DNA from: Candidatus Melainabacteria bacterium 17Bon1m
Lineage (GTDB): Bacteria > Cyanobacteriota > Vampirovibrionia > Obscuribacterales > Obscuribacteraceae
Direction: 5' to 3'
DNA length: 64,000 nt
Assembly: GCA_032128875.1 (NCBI GenBank)
Contig: JAVLKG010000012.1
Location: 128,001 to 192,000, forward strand
In this document: positions 37,749-48,227 of the stretch, piece by piece
How the letters are laid out: the number at the start of each line of letters is the position of its first letter
Numbering within the stretch: the first letter of the stretch is position 1
The notes under the pieces: generated by a model
Seen by the model: the letters and a program-made list of their open reading frames with translations, nothing else
Databases searched by the model: none
What the model was told of the DNA's origin: nothing
Translations under genes and position numbers: made by a program

Positions 37749-39353
37749 ATGCAGTTTCCAAATTCGTCAAAGAGTTTCATAAACGCCAAAAGCTCCAAAG
37801 TCCCCAAGGTAGTCTCGTACGGACTGGTATTGGCTATCTTGCAGGTTGTTTCGCAAGCTCCAAATGCTTTCGCCCTTGAGGCAGGCGTGCAGCAAGAAAC
37901 CCTAAAGGGAAACGCCGAGCAGCAAGGATTGACTGGCAGTGCCGTCGAGCAAATTTTGCGTGGTGATGTGGAGCAGCGTAATCTACAGGGCGGTGCACAG
38001 CAGCAGGTTCTTGAAGGACAGACTCAACAGCAGTTATTACAGGGTGGCGCGCAACAGCAGGTTTTGAACGGGGGCGCTCAACAGACGACGCTACAAGGCG
38101 GAGCATCCACGCGGCTTCTCAATGGTTCGATTAAGGATGAAGCCCCGCTCAATCCATCTCTCATCCTTCTGCCTGGGGCTGCGGACAAAAACCGTGGACT
38201 CAACGCCGGAATCAACAGTAACCGTCCCATGCCGGGACAGGTAAACCAATTCGCCGGCAACCAGCATTTTTTTCCGGGTCAAGCCACCCCTTCAGCCTTT
38301 GGTACTCCGGGTCGCTCGTTGAATGCTGCAGCTGGGTGGGCGACGCACCCGATCCCACCCATCTCCAGCTATACACTGACACCCCGAAACGGCGTCATGA
38401 CCTTTGATCCAACCTATTCGGTTACTCCGGGCGCGACCACCAAAGGCGTCACAGAAATAGCGCCGCGCTATGAGTCACGGCAGTGGCAATCGCACAACGG
38501 AATTACCTCTTACGTCCCCGGATACGAAGTGCAAAAGGCATCTTCTGAGCAGTCTGGGTCAAAAGTTCAAATGTTTGGACCAGGCATGGGATTGCGCGGC
38601 GGACCGATTTCTGGTGGCGTTGGATTCAAACTGGACGGTGACCCGGTGACTAAGGACGGCGTCACATCTTATGTGCCGGGCTATGAGGTGAAAAAGGTCA
38701 CCGAGAAAAAGGGCTCCGTTTCGGACTACACGCCGGGCGGATCGCTGACTCATACACAAACGCGCAGCGGTGTTGTGACCTATGCGCCCGGCTATGAGGT
38801 TTCGATCATGGTCCCTGGCTACAGGAAAGAAACGTTGGGGGGCCAGTACTCCGCGCCCACCAATACCGGTTTGCTCGCCCATGCCGGCAAGTTGACCCCG
38901 GCTGGCGGGGGCGAATTTGCTGAGCCGGTTGTGGCGCAGGAAACACCAATGCGTGCTGATGCCTTACTGTTGCCTTCGCTAAATGCAACGGTAGCTCCAA
39001 CCTGGAACGACTGGTATCACCGAGTCGCCGGTGCAATATATGCGCGTTGGCAGAGTGTAGAGGTTGGGCCGGGTGTGGCGACTGTTCGAGTCACAGTGAC
39101 TAAAGACCGCAACCTTTCGGCACAGGTGGAAGACTTTGTGCCTGCCGACAATGTGGCGCGAAACGTTGATTCTGAAACCAACTTCAAGCAATGCGCCCTC
39201 AATGCGGTGGAACTGGTCAAACAGTACGAAATTCCGAAATTTCCCGAAAATGCTGATTTGCCGCGTGTTACGTTCGATCTGGAGATGAAGCGAAACGTCG
39301 AATCACGTCCAGGCTTCGACGTGGCCGGAGGTGGCGCTAAGACGAAGCCCTGA
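37749..39353 (+). CDS. Secreted repeat protein with C-terminal TonB_C-like domain
   Basis: Signal-like N-terminus; 9-aa QQQxLxGGA repeats; GVTSYVPGYEV repeats; WNDWYHRVAGAIYARW...IPKFP C-terminal domain. Confidence 0.55.
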   Translation: MQFPNSSKSFINAKSSKVPKVVSYGLVLAILQVVSQAPNAFALEAGVQQETLKGNAEQQGLTGSAVEQILRGDVEQRNLQGGAQQQVLEGQTQQQLLQGGAQQQVLNGGAQQTTLQGGASTRLLNGSIKDEAPLNPSLILLPGAADKNRGLNAGINSNRPMPGQVNQFAGNQHFFPGQATPSAFGTPGRSLNAAAGWATHPIPPISSYTLTPRNGVMTFDPTYSVTPGATTKGVTEIAPRYESRQWQSHNGITSYVPGYEVQKASSEQSGSKVQMFGPGMGLRGGPISGGVGFKLDGDPVTKDGVTSYVPGYEVKKVTEKKGSVSDYTPGGSLTHTQTRSGVVTYAPGYEVSIMVPGYRKETLGGQYSAPTNTGLLAHAGKLTPAGGGEFAEPVVAQETPMRADALLLPSLNATVAPTWNDWYHRVAGAIYARWQSVEVGPGVATVRVTVTKDRNLSAQVEDFVPADNVARNVDSETNFKQCALNAVELVKQYEIPKFPENADLPRVTFDLEMKRNVESRPGFDVAGGGAKTKP

Positions 39354-39622
39354 TAGTCCTATTTCGGAGATCTCAAGAATCTATATTTTATGGCCATCGC
39401 ATTGATTTTGTTGTGCCTGCTGGGCAAGTAGAGTTGTGTGGGCCAAAGTTGGATACTGGATAGCATTTTGCGAACACGTGACGACCGCGCATTCAGCACG
39501 GCAGGTGGCTAGGACATTAATACGACGGCTCGAGATACGAAACATTTTTCGCCGTCCTGTGTCTAATAACTCATTGGAGTCCTGGTTGCCGATGAATAGA
39601 AACTATGGACTGATTACTACCT

Positions 39623-41749
39623 ATGGATAATGCCGCACAAGTAAATGAGTCGCTTCGAAAAGCATGCATCATCTGCCAGAAGGAATACAGTGGCGAGCTT
39701 AGTACCTGTCCCATCGACAATATCGCTCTGACAGTCCTTGAAGTGCCGAGAGACCCATTAGTCGGAACTCTCTTCTGCGACCGTTTTCAAATTACAGAAG
39801 TACTCGGCGGCGGCGGTATGGGCATGGTTTATCGTGCGACGCATCTGCTGATGCAACGTTCGGTGGCGATCAAGATATTGCATACGAAGATGATCGGTAA
39901 CGCCGATGCCTTGAAGCGCTTCAAGGTAGAGGCGCACGCAGCCAGTAATTTTTCTCACCCGAATATTTTGAATGTTCACGACTTCGGTGTGTCCAATCAA
40001 GGGCAGCCCTACATGGTCATGGACTACCTCGACGGAATAAATTTGACTGCGCTCTTGGATGCTGAAAAACACATTCCTGTTACGCGGGCTATCAACATGT
40101 TTTTGCAGATGAGTTCTGCGCTTGCGCATGCGCATTCCAAGGAGATTATTCACCGAGATGTGAAACCGTCGAACATCATGTTGGTGGAATTCGAAGGGCG
40201 CAGAGAGTTTGTAAAACTCGTTGATTTTGGCATCGCCAAAGTTTTGAATCCATCTACTCCTGAAGCGGAAAACTTGACTCGCACTGGTGAAGTTTTCGGA
40301 AGTCCTCTCTATATGAGCCCTGAGCAGTGTCAGGGTAAGAAATTGGATTCACGTGCCGACATTTATTCTCTTGGCGCAGTGATGTATAGAGTCGTAAGCG
40401 GTAAGCCGATTTTCGAGAGTACGGATGCGCTCGAAACCATGTTTCGCCAGGTGAGTGAAATGCCAGCGAGCTTCGCGAAAGTTTGCCCAGAACTGCAAAT
40501 TCCAGAAAAGCTTGAGTCCGTCATCTTCAAATGTTTAGCCAAAGATCGAGAACAGAGATACCAGTCGATGCTTGAGCTAAAGGATGACCTGGAGCTGACG
40601 CTTGCGGAAATTAAAGCTCAGTCGAAAACGACCTTGCCGATGAACACCTTACCTTTTGAGTCCGAAAGGATAGCCGCAAAAGATTTGAACTCAGACGGGT
40701 GGCTGACTGATCTTTCTGAGAACACCGGGGCTTTGCCAATTGCCAAAACAGTGATAACCAATCAGCTCACCAACCCGCATGAGGGTGCTCTCGCCGCCTC
40801 GAATCCAACGAGCCCGGGTGTTCAAAACACTGTGCCGGTCAGTCCTTTTGCCGATGTTGTTTCCAGTGCTGCTGCCGGTTCGCCCAACACTTCGGCCGCT
40901 CAACCTGTTCAACCAAGCGTTGCGAACGTCAGCACAGGGTCCAACAACTATTCATTCAGCTTGAACTCGAATACGGGACCTTCTGTCGCGGGGGCTACGA
41001 ATCCGTCGCAGTCCAGTCCAGCTCCTGGTAAGGCAACTGCCATCGATAAGCGCGACGAAACAATTTCAATTGTCGTAAATAAAAAATCTGTTGCGATAGG
41101 AAGTGCAGCTTTGGCAGTATTGCTGGCTCTCGCAGGATTTTTCTATTTCCGCCCAAGCGGTACGTCATCAAATTTGTCGCCTAAGAATGTACCTGATAGC
41201 CAGTTTTCATCAATTACACCGACGCCTACAATTGACGGTGCACATCTTCCTGCGCCGATACCTGCTCCAGCACAGACTGTGGCAAAGAAGTCCACACCTT
41301 CCTCCAAGAAGAGCGCATCTTATAAGAAATCTACAGCTAAGAACAAACCCCAACACCAGAAGTGGAAAAACTATTATCCTGCTGCGTCAGGAAGAGGATC
41401 TTCATACTCAGGTTCTGATTACTCTTCACCTGGCAACAATCCTTATTCTTCGAGCAGCTCGTACTCTTCGTCTAGATCATCCTCATCCTACAACTATCAA
41501 TCTCCTGTTTCACAACCAGTAATTCAATCCGCACCGGTTATGGCGCCTGTCGCTTCGCCGATTCAACAATCGGCTGTGTCTTCTTCGAGCTACAGCAGTA
41601 GTTCTGAAAGCTACGTCAACAGGCAGGCAAATCGCTATGGTGGACGTTATGCCGAGAAGGGTGTAGATAGAGTAACTGGAATTATTAATAGGAACCTCAC
41701 CAGGGGAATCAACAAGGGAGCAGGTTTTCTCAGAAGGCTAACTCGCTAG
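39623..41749 (+). CDS. Ser/Thr kinase with N-terminal Zn-ribbon, one TM segment and a Ser/Pro/Tyr-rich tail
   Basis: CIIC...CPID; GGGGMGMV, HRDVKPSN, DFG, YMSPE; TM AALAVLLALAGFFYF. Confidence 0.92.
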   Translation: MDNAAQVNESLRKACIICQKEYSGELSTCPIDNIALTVLEVPRDPLVGTLFCDRFQITEVLGGGGMGMVYRATHLLMQRSVAIKILHTKMIGNADALKRFKVEAHAASNFSHPNILNVHDFGVSNQGQPYMVMDYLDGINLTALLDAEKHIPVTRAINMFLQMSSALAHAHSKEIIHRDVKPSNIMLVEFEGRREFVKLVDFGIAKVLNPSTPEAENLTRTGEVFGSPLYMSPEQCQGKKLDSRADIYSLGAVMYRVVSGKPIFESTDALETMFRQVSEMPASFAKVCPELQIPEKLESVIFKCLAKDREQRYQSMLELKDDLELTLAEIKAQSKTTLPMNTLPFESERIAAKDLNSDGWLTDLSENTGALPIAKTVITNQLTNPHEGALAASNPTSPGVQNTVPVSPFADVVSSAAAGSPNTSAAQPVQPSVANVSTGSNNYSFSLNSNTGPSVAGATNPSQSSPAPGKATAIDKRDETISIVVNKKSVAIGSAALAVLLALAGFFYFRPSGTSSNLSPKNVPDSQFSSITPTPTIDGAHLPAPIPAPAQTVAKKSTPSSKKSASYKKSTAKNKPQHQKWKNYYPAASGRGSSYSGSDYSSPGNNPYSSSSSYSSSRSSSSYNYQSPVSQPVIQSAPVMAPVASPIQQSAVSSSSYSSSSESYVNRQANRYGGRYAEKGVDRVTGIINRNLTRGINKGAGFLRRLTR

Positions 41750-41925
41750 GAAAGTCCGCGGACAAGTTCAGCTTCTAATTAACCTGGGTGCAGGAACCAA
41801 CGCAAAACCCTTCCCAACCAAGCCCTTTCGAATTGCTGACTCGATTTCCAACGGACCGCCAAGTGCGGGAACTGTGGCACGTTCCTTTCGTCCTCTCATC
41901 GGACGAAAGCCGGGAGGAAGGAAGA

Positions 41926-42456
41926 ATGAGAAGAAGTATTTTGGCCTTTGTGGCTCTGAGTTTTGCATTCACTATTCCGCTCCGCGCACAAGCAGACCAA
42001 ACGATTATTCAAAGAGATATTACTCAAGGACCGGCTCAAGTTATGGGAAGCTGGATGGAACCTGCGTATGAGCGTGTGAAGGAAACAACGGACGCCAACG
42101 GTGACACCCATCGAGTCCGTGAGCCGATTATCATGGAACGTCACGAGAGAGTAGTTGTGCCTGTTAGTGAGCAGCGCACGACGACGACTGTTGTGAATTC
42201 TCCTCGAGTTGAAACGCAAACTACTTACCGTGCATCGCGCCCGGTAAAGAGAAAAGTTGCCTACAAGAAGAGAGCTGTTGCTTACAAAAAGCGCTATACG
42301 GCCCCGCGCGTCGCACACATACGTCGCAAACCATCGAATTTGATCGCTGTGAAGACAGTGCGCAGAATTGAGCAACCAACGGTAATTCAACGCACTGATC
42401 ATTACGAACAAGAAAACTTGATCTACGATCGCCGTCACCCTGCACTGGACATGTAG
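41926..42456 (+). CDS. Hypothetical secreted basic protein
   Basis: GGAGG RBS; signal peptide MRRSILAFVALSFAFTIPLRAQA. Confidence 0.7.
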   Translation: MRRSILAFVALSFAFTIPLRAQADQTIIQRDITQGPAQVMGSWMEPAYERVKETTDANGDTHRVREPIIMERHERVVVPVSEQRTTTTVVNSPRVETQTTYRASRPVKRKVAYKKRAVAYKKRYTAPRVAHIRRKPSNLIAVKTVRRIEQPTVIQRTDHYEQENLIYDRRHPALDM

Positions 42457-42482
42457 TTTTCGCCGGACGCATTGCGTTCGAT

Positions 42483-42507
42483 GTAGGTGCGATGCCATGT
42501 ATTGCCC
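42483..42507 (+). repeat. REP-like palindrome, family B (degenerate)
   Basis: GTAG-GTGCGATGCCATGTATTGCCC, shortly after a stop codon. Confidence 0.6.
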
Positions 42508-42549
42508 AGTTTGAATCCGAATTGGATTCTAAAGTAAGGCGCGTAAAAT

Positions 42550-42588
42550 CCAGCAGGAGAACTGAGTGTGGTTCTCCTGTTGGCTTTT
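42550..42588 (+). terminator. Hairpin / probable terminator
   Basis: CCAGCAGGAGAAC-N8-GTTCTCCTGTTGG followed by CTTTT. Confidence 0.6.
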
Positions 42589-42733
42589 GCGTCTATGCAA
42601 GCACGTCGAGTTTGCTACAAAAAACGTTGCCACGTGGAAAGAGTGTGTGCAAATTTTAGCTGCGAAAAATTTGAGTATGCAGTAGGATGAATTTTGTCGG
42701 TCTATAGGTTGTTAGCTTTGCGAGGCAAGGAAT

Positions 42734-45700
42734 ATGCCTGAAGATCCGCCATTTCCGCCTTCCCTTGAGGCTTTGCCGTTTTCCAGTTCGCACATTGCGG
42801 ACATCTTCGGTCAACGCACTTTTGCGCGCGGACTGGAATACAAGAGTAAGGGTGTTGTAGTAAACGTCGATGTAGATTTCGAGCGACGCGTGATTAAGGG
42901 CGCGGTGCAAGGCACCCGGGATGTGCCTTATCAATCACGAGTCACCACAAACGAAAATGGTTTTATAAATGCTGCACATTGTAGTTGTCCCGTCGGCTCT
43001 TACTGCAAACATTGTGTCGCGCTGATTTTGGAAGCAGGTTCAATCCATGGTTTTACCGAAGTCGTCATTGGTCCGACGGAGCTTCCGCGCAGCGTGCAGC
43101 ATTGGGTTGATGAAGTGAAGGGCAGCTTCACTGCACACACCGCCCATGAGAAAGAAAAGGAAGAGAAGGCTAAAGCCCACGATAGCGGTAAGCCCAGAGA
43201 AAATGTGGTTGGTGGCTCTGTTATATACATCATTGATAAATCTAAATTTGGCAATATTCCTTCGATTGTTCTTACTCCATACATTGTCGGAAAGAAGAAT
43301 TCTGCCGGTCTACAGAAGGTCGTAGAGACGTCTTTTGAGGACTTGTCGCCGGAATTGGGTGCGACAAAAGAAGATGAGTCAATTGTTCAATTTGCGTTGG
43401 CTGCATTGGGCTCGTCCTACCTGGGAGATGTTCTGGGGGGCGATGCAGAGCTGATGAAGATGCTGCTCAACAAGGTTGTTGCGACGGGGCGTTCGTATTA
43501 TCGAAGTGCTTCCAATCCACCGCTAACAAAAGGACCGCGCGTGGAAGGCCGAGTGAAGTGGATGTTTCGCCGCGACCGTTCGCAAATCCCCGCTGTTGTG
43601 GGCGAAAAGGACACCATCATTCCTCTGTTGAGCGCTTGTCCTGCATATGTCGATACTTACATGAATCATCTTGGATTCATGGATTTGCCGATTGATGTCG
43701 ATACACTTACAAAGCTCTTGATAGCACCACCAGTGATGCCGGGTTTTGCGGATAAAGTGCACGATCAACTGAAGGATCTCAATCTTCCTACTCAGATTGA
43801 AATGCCTTGTTCGATGTTGAATGAAGAGATAATCAAAGGCGAGCCTAAGCCGCTGGTTTCCTTTAAATCCATTAGTCCGGTTGGCAACGACGCATTGATG
43901 TATTGGCGTCGGGGTTTCGAACCAAACAAAAACGTCAACGTTGTGGATCTCTCCTTCGATTATGGCGGACACGTATTTGATTTAAGGGACAAAAATTCGG
44001 AGTGGCGCGAAGCCCGAGGCGACGATTTAGTTGTCTATCGTCGAGACCTGGCAGCCGAACGCAAAGTCGTTCAGAAGATGAAAGACTACGGCTTCGAGTC
44101 TCTTCCAATGTACTCTGAAGGCAATCGGATGCGCTTTATCATGTCCGGCGATAACGATTATCGCTGGTTGCATTTTGTTGAAAATGTTTTGCCAAAGCTG
44201 TTAAAAACGGATTGGCAGATCGAAATAGATGATTCTTTTTCGTACCGCGTAATTCATCCTGAAGAGGCAATCGACTTTGATCTGACTGAGCAAACCGCTT
44301 GGTGGTTTGTACTGGACATGGGCGTTAGTGTCGATGGGCAGCGGGTTTCGTTGTTTCCCATTATTATCAGCGCGCTGAAACGTGCGGGGGTGAACAGCTT
44401 CAATCAGTTGGATATTCAGCAGTTGAATATCAATGGGAATTTCTATGCTCCAATGCCTGATGGACGCATGATAGCTCTGCCATTCGAGCGCATTGAGAGC
44501 GTTTTAAACCTTATTCGAGAGATGTACAACGCCGACATTGGTGGGTGCGTGGTTGAAGCTCAAAACCTTCCTCAAGTCATTTCACACACCAAGATTTTGC
44601 CGACAGAGCGCATCAAGAAGCTGGCAAAACATCTAGAAAAGCTGGACCGAATCGAAGCGATTGAGACGCCCGACGAATTTGGTTCTGAGCTTCGGCAGTA
44701 TCAGAAAGATGGGCTCGGCTGGCTGAATTTCTTGTGTGATATGGATGCCGGTGGAATTCTCGCTGATGATATGGGTCTTGGTAAGACAGTTCAAGGCCTG
44801 GCGTTGATTCTTTTGCGCAAACAGAAAAATCAACTCCAGCAGCCGGTGCTGGTGATATCACCGACAAGCGTCGTTCCTAATTGGATGAATGAAGCGCAGC
44901 GCTTGACCCCGTCTCTGCGGGTTTTAAAACTCACAGGCTCTGATCGTTTTGAACGCTTTAAAGAAATACCGAACAACGATATCGTGATCACGAGTTATGC
45001 GCTGCTGCTGCGCGACATCGATTCTCTGAGTCTGTCGGACTGGTCGATTATTATTCTCGACGAATCTCAATACATCAAAAACCCGACGACATCACTGTCT
45101 AAAGCTGTTGCCCGCCTTCGCGCGAAGGCTCGATTCTGCTTCACGGGTACTCCTGTTGAGAACAATCTGCGCGAACTCTGGTCCCAGTTTAATTTCCTGA
45201 TGCCAAATATGTTGGGCAATCGCAAGAGTTTTGCCAATTACTTTCAAAAGCCAATCGAGCGCAACAGCAGTGAAGATAGAAAACGCATTCTCCAGCGTCG
45301 AATTCGCCCATTCATGTTGCGACGAACCAAGACCGAAGTTGTTCAAGAGTTGCCGCCCAAGACGCTTATCTTGCAGCCTGTTGAGTTGGTCGGCGCTCAA
45401 CGAGATCTGTATGAAAGTGTTCGCCTGGTCATGCATAAACGCGTTAGCGAAGAAATACGTGATAAAGGTTTGACCGGCATGCGCATCCTGATTATCGATG
45501 CTTTGCTAAAGCTGCGCCAAACTTGTTGTGATCCGCGTTTGGTCAAACTAAAGATGGCGGACGGAATTACAGACAGCGCTAAGTTGGAAACACTCATGGA
45601 CATGCTTCCGCAGTTGGTTGAAGAAGGAAGGCGCATTATCGTTTTTTCTCAATTCCGTAAAATGCTTGAGCTCATCGAAGCAGAGCTGCAGCAGCTACAG

Positions 45701-46222
45701 CTTGATTATGTAATGCTGACCGGTCTTACGAAAGATAGACAACATATCATCAATAAATTTCAGCGCGGTGAAGTTCCAATCTTTCTCATCAGTTTGAAGG
45801 CCGGCGGAACAGGTCTGAATTTGACTGCAGCGGATACCGTTATTCATTACGATCCCTGGTGGAATCCCGCAGTGGAAGATCAGGCGACTGACAGAGCGTA
45901 TCGAATTGGGCAAGATAAGCCGGTTTTTGTGTATAAATTTATCGCTGCAGGCAGCGTTGAAGAACGTATTTTGATAATGCAGGAATACAAAAAAGGCTTG
46001 GCAGGCGGAATATTTACTGAGGGTCAGGCGGCATCGCTCGCCGTAAATCAGGAAGAAATCGACTTCTTGCTTCAGCCCCTGGAAATGCCCGATCCCCGAT
46101 TTAAGCGCCGTCTGAATCCATCTCTGCGCGGTTTAACAGAGTCATCTGAATTTGATCCTTCACGCAAGAAAAAATCGCGGAAGAATAGCGGTAAACCACC
46201 TCACTTACGCATAGTCGATTAG
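42734..46222 (+). CDS. SWIM zinc-finger SNF2-family helicase/ATPase
   Basis: CSCPVGSYCKH; LADDMGLGKT, DESQ, TGTPVEN, SLKAGGTGLNL, QATDRAYRIGQ. Confidence 0.95.
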   Translation: MPEDPPFPPSLEALPFSSSHIADIFGQRTFARGLEYKSKGVVVNVDVDFERRVIKGAVQGTRDVPYQSRVTTNENGFINAAHCSCPVGSYCKHCVALILEAGSIHGFTEVVIGPTELPRSVQHWVDEVKGSFTAHTAHEKEKEEKAKAHDSGKPRENVVGGSVIYIIDKSKFGNIPSIVLTPYIVGKKNSAGLQKVVETSFEDLSPELGATKEDESIVQFALAALGSSYLGDVLGGDAELMKMLLNKVVATGRSYYRSASNPPLTKGPRVEGRVKWMFRRDRSQIPAVVGEKDTIIPLLSACPAYVDTYMNHLGFMDLPIDVDTLTKLLIAPPVMPGFADKVHDQLKDLNLPTQIEMPCSMLNEEIIKGEPKPLVSFKSISPVGNDALMYWRRGFEPNKNVNVVDLSFDYGGHVFDLRDKNSEWREARGDDLVVYRRDLAAERKVVQKMKDYGFESLPMYSEGNRMRFIMSGDNDYRWLHFVENVLPKLLKTDWQIEIDDSFSYRVIHPEEAIDFDLTEQTAWWFVLDMGVSVDGQRVSLFPIIISALKRAGVNSFNQLDIQQLNINGNFYAPMPDGRMIALPFERIESVLNLIREMYNADIGGCVVEAQNLPQVISHTKILPTERIKKLAKHLEKLDRIEAIETPDEFGSELRQYQKDGLGWLNFLCDMDAGGILADDMGLGKTVQGLALILLRKQKNQLQQPVLVISPTSVVPNWMNEAQRLTPSLRVLKLTGSDRFERFKEIPNNDIVITSYALLLRDIDSLSLSDWSIIILDESQYIKNPTTSLSKAVARLRAKARFCFTGTPVENNLRELWSQFNFLMPNMLGNRKSFANYFQKPIERNSSEDRKRILQRRIRPFMLRRTKTEVVQELPPKTLILQPVELVGAQRDLYESVRLVMHKRVSEEIRDKGLTGMRILIIDALLKLRQTCCDPRLVKLKMADGITDSAKLETLMDMLPQLVEEGRRIIVFSQFRKMLELIEAELQQLQLDYVMLTGLTKDRQHIINKFQRGEVPIFLISLKAGGTGLNLTAADTVIHYDPWWNPAVEDQATDRAYRIGQDKPVFVYKFIAAGSVEERILIMQEYKKGLAGGIFTEGQAASLAVNQEEIDFLLQPLEMPDPRFKRRLNPSLRGLTESSEFDPSRKKKSRKNSGKPPHLRIVD

Positions 46223-46225
46223 TGG

Positions 46226-47941
46226 TTATTGTTCGCCGGATTTTTTAGGCGGAGAGGGCGGAGTTGGCTCGTGATGCCTGTATGCATAACGTGCGCCGTA
46301 GTCGAGCATGACTGTTTTTCCGAGTGCATTGATTCCGACTTGGTCGACTGCCCAACTGACTTGGTCACCCATCAAAGTCTTGTTGTAGTCATGGAATGAA
46401 ACACCGTCTTTATGCATTTGATCACGAAGGGCAGCAGCTTGAGCCTCAGTTACAGGTGTTTTTAGCACCTCTTGGAGCCCGAGTGAAACATTGCGTTCTC
46501 TGCCATTGAATCCTGACACATCGTTGAGATGGAGTTGGCCAAACATTAGTTTTGCATCGTGAGGTACAGTTCCCCAATCGCGGATGCCTTCGGGACCTAG
46601 TGAGCTGGCTGTTTTTAAGACGGCACCGTTGGTGGTGCGAAAAGCGCCACTTTCAGAGCCACTTCCAAGAAAACCACGCAGAGGCTCTTGAAAGTTTTTC
46701 AGAACTTGCAAGACATCCTTGCCCTGGTGGTAGCTCGAATTTGAGTGCACCAATTCAGAGAATGTTTTGGAACCGCGATCGATTGTCATCTCCCAAGGTG
46801 CGTTGGGATCGCCGCTCCTTCTGCTAATGAAACGCAGCTGCTCACCAGCCGGGCCGACAGGACCTTTACCTCTGAACATGTTTGCAGCAGCGGTTATCCA
46901 ATCGGTTGGCACGCTTTCCCTGCGCACATTGATTGTTTCTGATTCGCCTTGCTTCAGGAATTTTTCTACAGGCTTTATCGAGACTTCGGCTCCGTTCTTG
47001 CCGCCCTTGAAAATTTGACTGACGTCTGCCGCATCGATGGAGACGAGCTTGTATTCTCTCTCTCGAATGGAAGCTGCGTTTTCCATGGCATGATTGTTCG
47101 CAAACCGGCGCTGATTTCCGGGTGCGGCAGCTAGTGAATTTGCTAGACCGAAGGCGAGAGGATAAGCAGCCAGCCGCGTAGCGTTGAACTCTCCGGATTG
47201 AATTTCTGACTGCAACTCCTGGGATATGCCGCCTGCCCATCCATTTGCAAAACCCATTGTCGTCATTGAGCGGAAGGTATTGCCGGCAAAAAAGTTTGGG
47301 GCGCCTTTGACCAGACCCATGGTCAAACCTGCGGTCGCCAAATCTGTAGTCAATGCGATCGGATTGGCAGTGTTTTTCCCAACAGTGATCAGCCCTTTGC
47401 CGAACGAGTCGAAAGTAAGGTTGCCGTCTGCGTCTACATAATTGCCTCTGGTAAGCCCAGAATCAATCAGCCTGCCACCGATTCCATACTTAAGGGACAT
47501 AACGGCAACGCTGTCGCCGACGCCGGTAGAACGTCCCAAAATGGCCCGCATCCCAATGCCTTTGGCGACCCCGAGTGTGCCGTCTAAGAATTCGTGTCCA
47601 TTGCCCGGGCGAATCTCGTCAAGAGCAAAAGCCGTGCCTGTGACCGCAAAACCCAGCTTGCCGGGCGTGAAGATTCCCAGTGTTTTTGCTGCACTGGAGG
47701 TTATGTGGTAAGCGTCGGCTTCTGCCTGCCGCGCGGCCAAGCTCTGTTGCACTGCCTCACTAATATTGCCGCTACCACGCGAGGCTTCTAAAAGTTTTTC
47801 CCGCGCCGCTGCCTGATGATGGTAAGGCTCGGTGGCAAAGTCTATGGCTTTGCGAAGAATGCTCTTCTGCGACTCTTCTTTATCGAGGCGCGCCAGTTCG
47901 GCATCGACTGTGGCGCTGGCATTGGGATTGCCTTTTTCCAT
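46226..47941 (-). CDS. Gly-rich membrane-segment protein with C-terminal kinase-like domain
   Basis: Gly/Ala hydrophobic helices; GFLGSGSESGAF...AVLK...FHDY...VMLDYG. Start is 47941 or 48052. Confidence 0.6.
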   Translation of the reverse strand: MEKGNPNASATVDAELARLDKEESQKSILRKAIDFATEPYHHQAAAREKLLEASRGSGNISEAVQQSLAARQAEADAYHITSSAAKTLGIFTPGKLGFAVTGTAFALDEIRPGNGHEFLDGTLGVAKGIGMRAILGRSTGVGDSVAVMSLKYGIGGRLIDSGLTRGNYVDADGNLTFDSFGKGLITVGKNTANPIALTTDLATAGLTMGLVKGAPNFFAGNTFRSMTTMGFANGWAGGISQELQSEIQSGEFNATRLAAYPLAFGLANSLAAAPGNQRRFANNHAMENAASIREREYKLVSIDAADVSQIFKGGKNGAEVSIKPVEKFLKQGESETINVRRESVPTDWITAAANMFRGKGPVGPAGEQLRFISRRSGDPNAPWEMTIDRGSKTFSELVHSNSSYHQGKDVLQVLKNFQEPLRGFLGSGSESGAFRTTNGAVLKTASSLGPEGIRDWGTVPHDAKLMFGQLHLNDVSGFNGRERNVSLGLQEVLKTPVTEAQAAALRDQMHKDGVSFHDYNKTLMGDQVSWAVDQVGINALGKTVMLDYGARYAYRHHEPTPPSPPKKSGEQ

Positions 47942-48227
47942 GGAGTCACCGCTATTTAGAAGCGCAAGCACCTGGACCGTGGTCGAGGTGCTGCCTGGAG
48001 GGCTAGCCGTCCTGTATCTGTATTGTGCCCAGCGCAGCCGGTCTTTGGACACTGACGTGCCACGGGGGCGAGAGCCTGCTGCTCAGAGTTAGTTCACCGC
48101 GGAGTCTATGTATGACCTGTCTGGGTCTATACAGGCGCGCGTATTTTTTGCCACTACGTAATTTCCCCACTGACGGCAGGGAGCCAGAGGTTTACTTTAA
48201 AGGTTCTCCTCCACGGGACAGCATAAT

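Noticed and set aside
41881-41910. Hammerhead-like CCGATGAG...GACGAAA on the minus strand
   Set aside because: CUGA core is mutated and stem II is absent; a simple hairpin explains it.
42734-46222. SNF2 helicase as part of a defence island
   Set aside because: Typical stand-alone SWIM-SNF2, with no adjacent methylase, nuclease or other defence genes.
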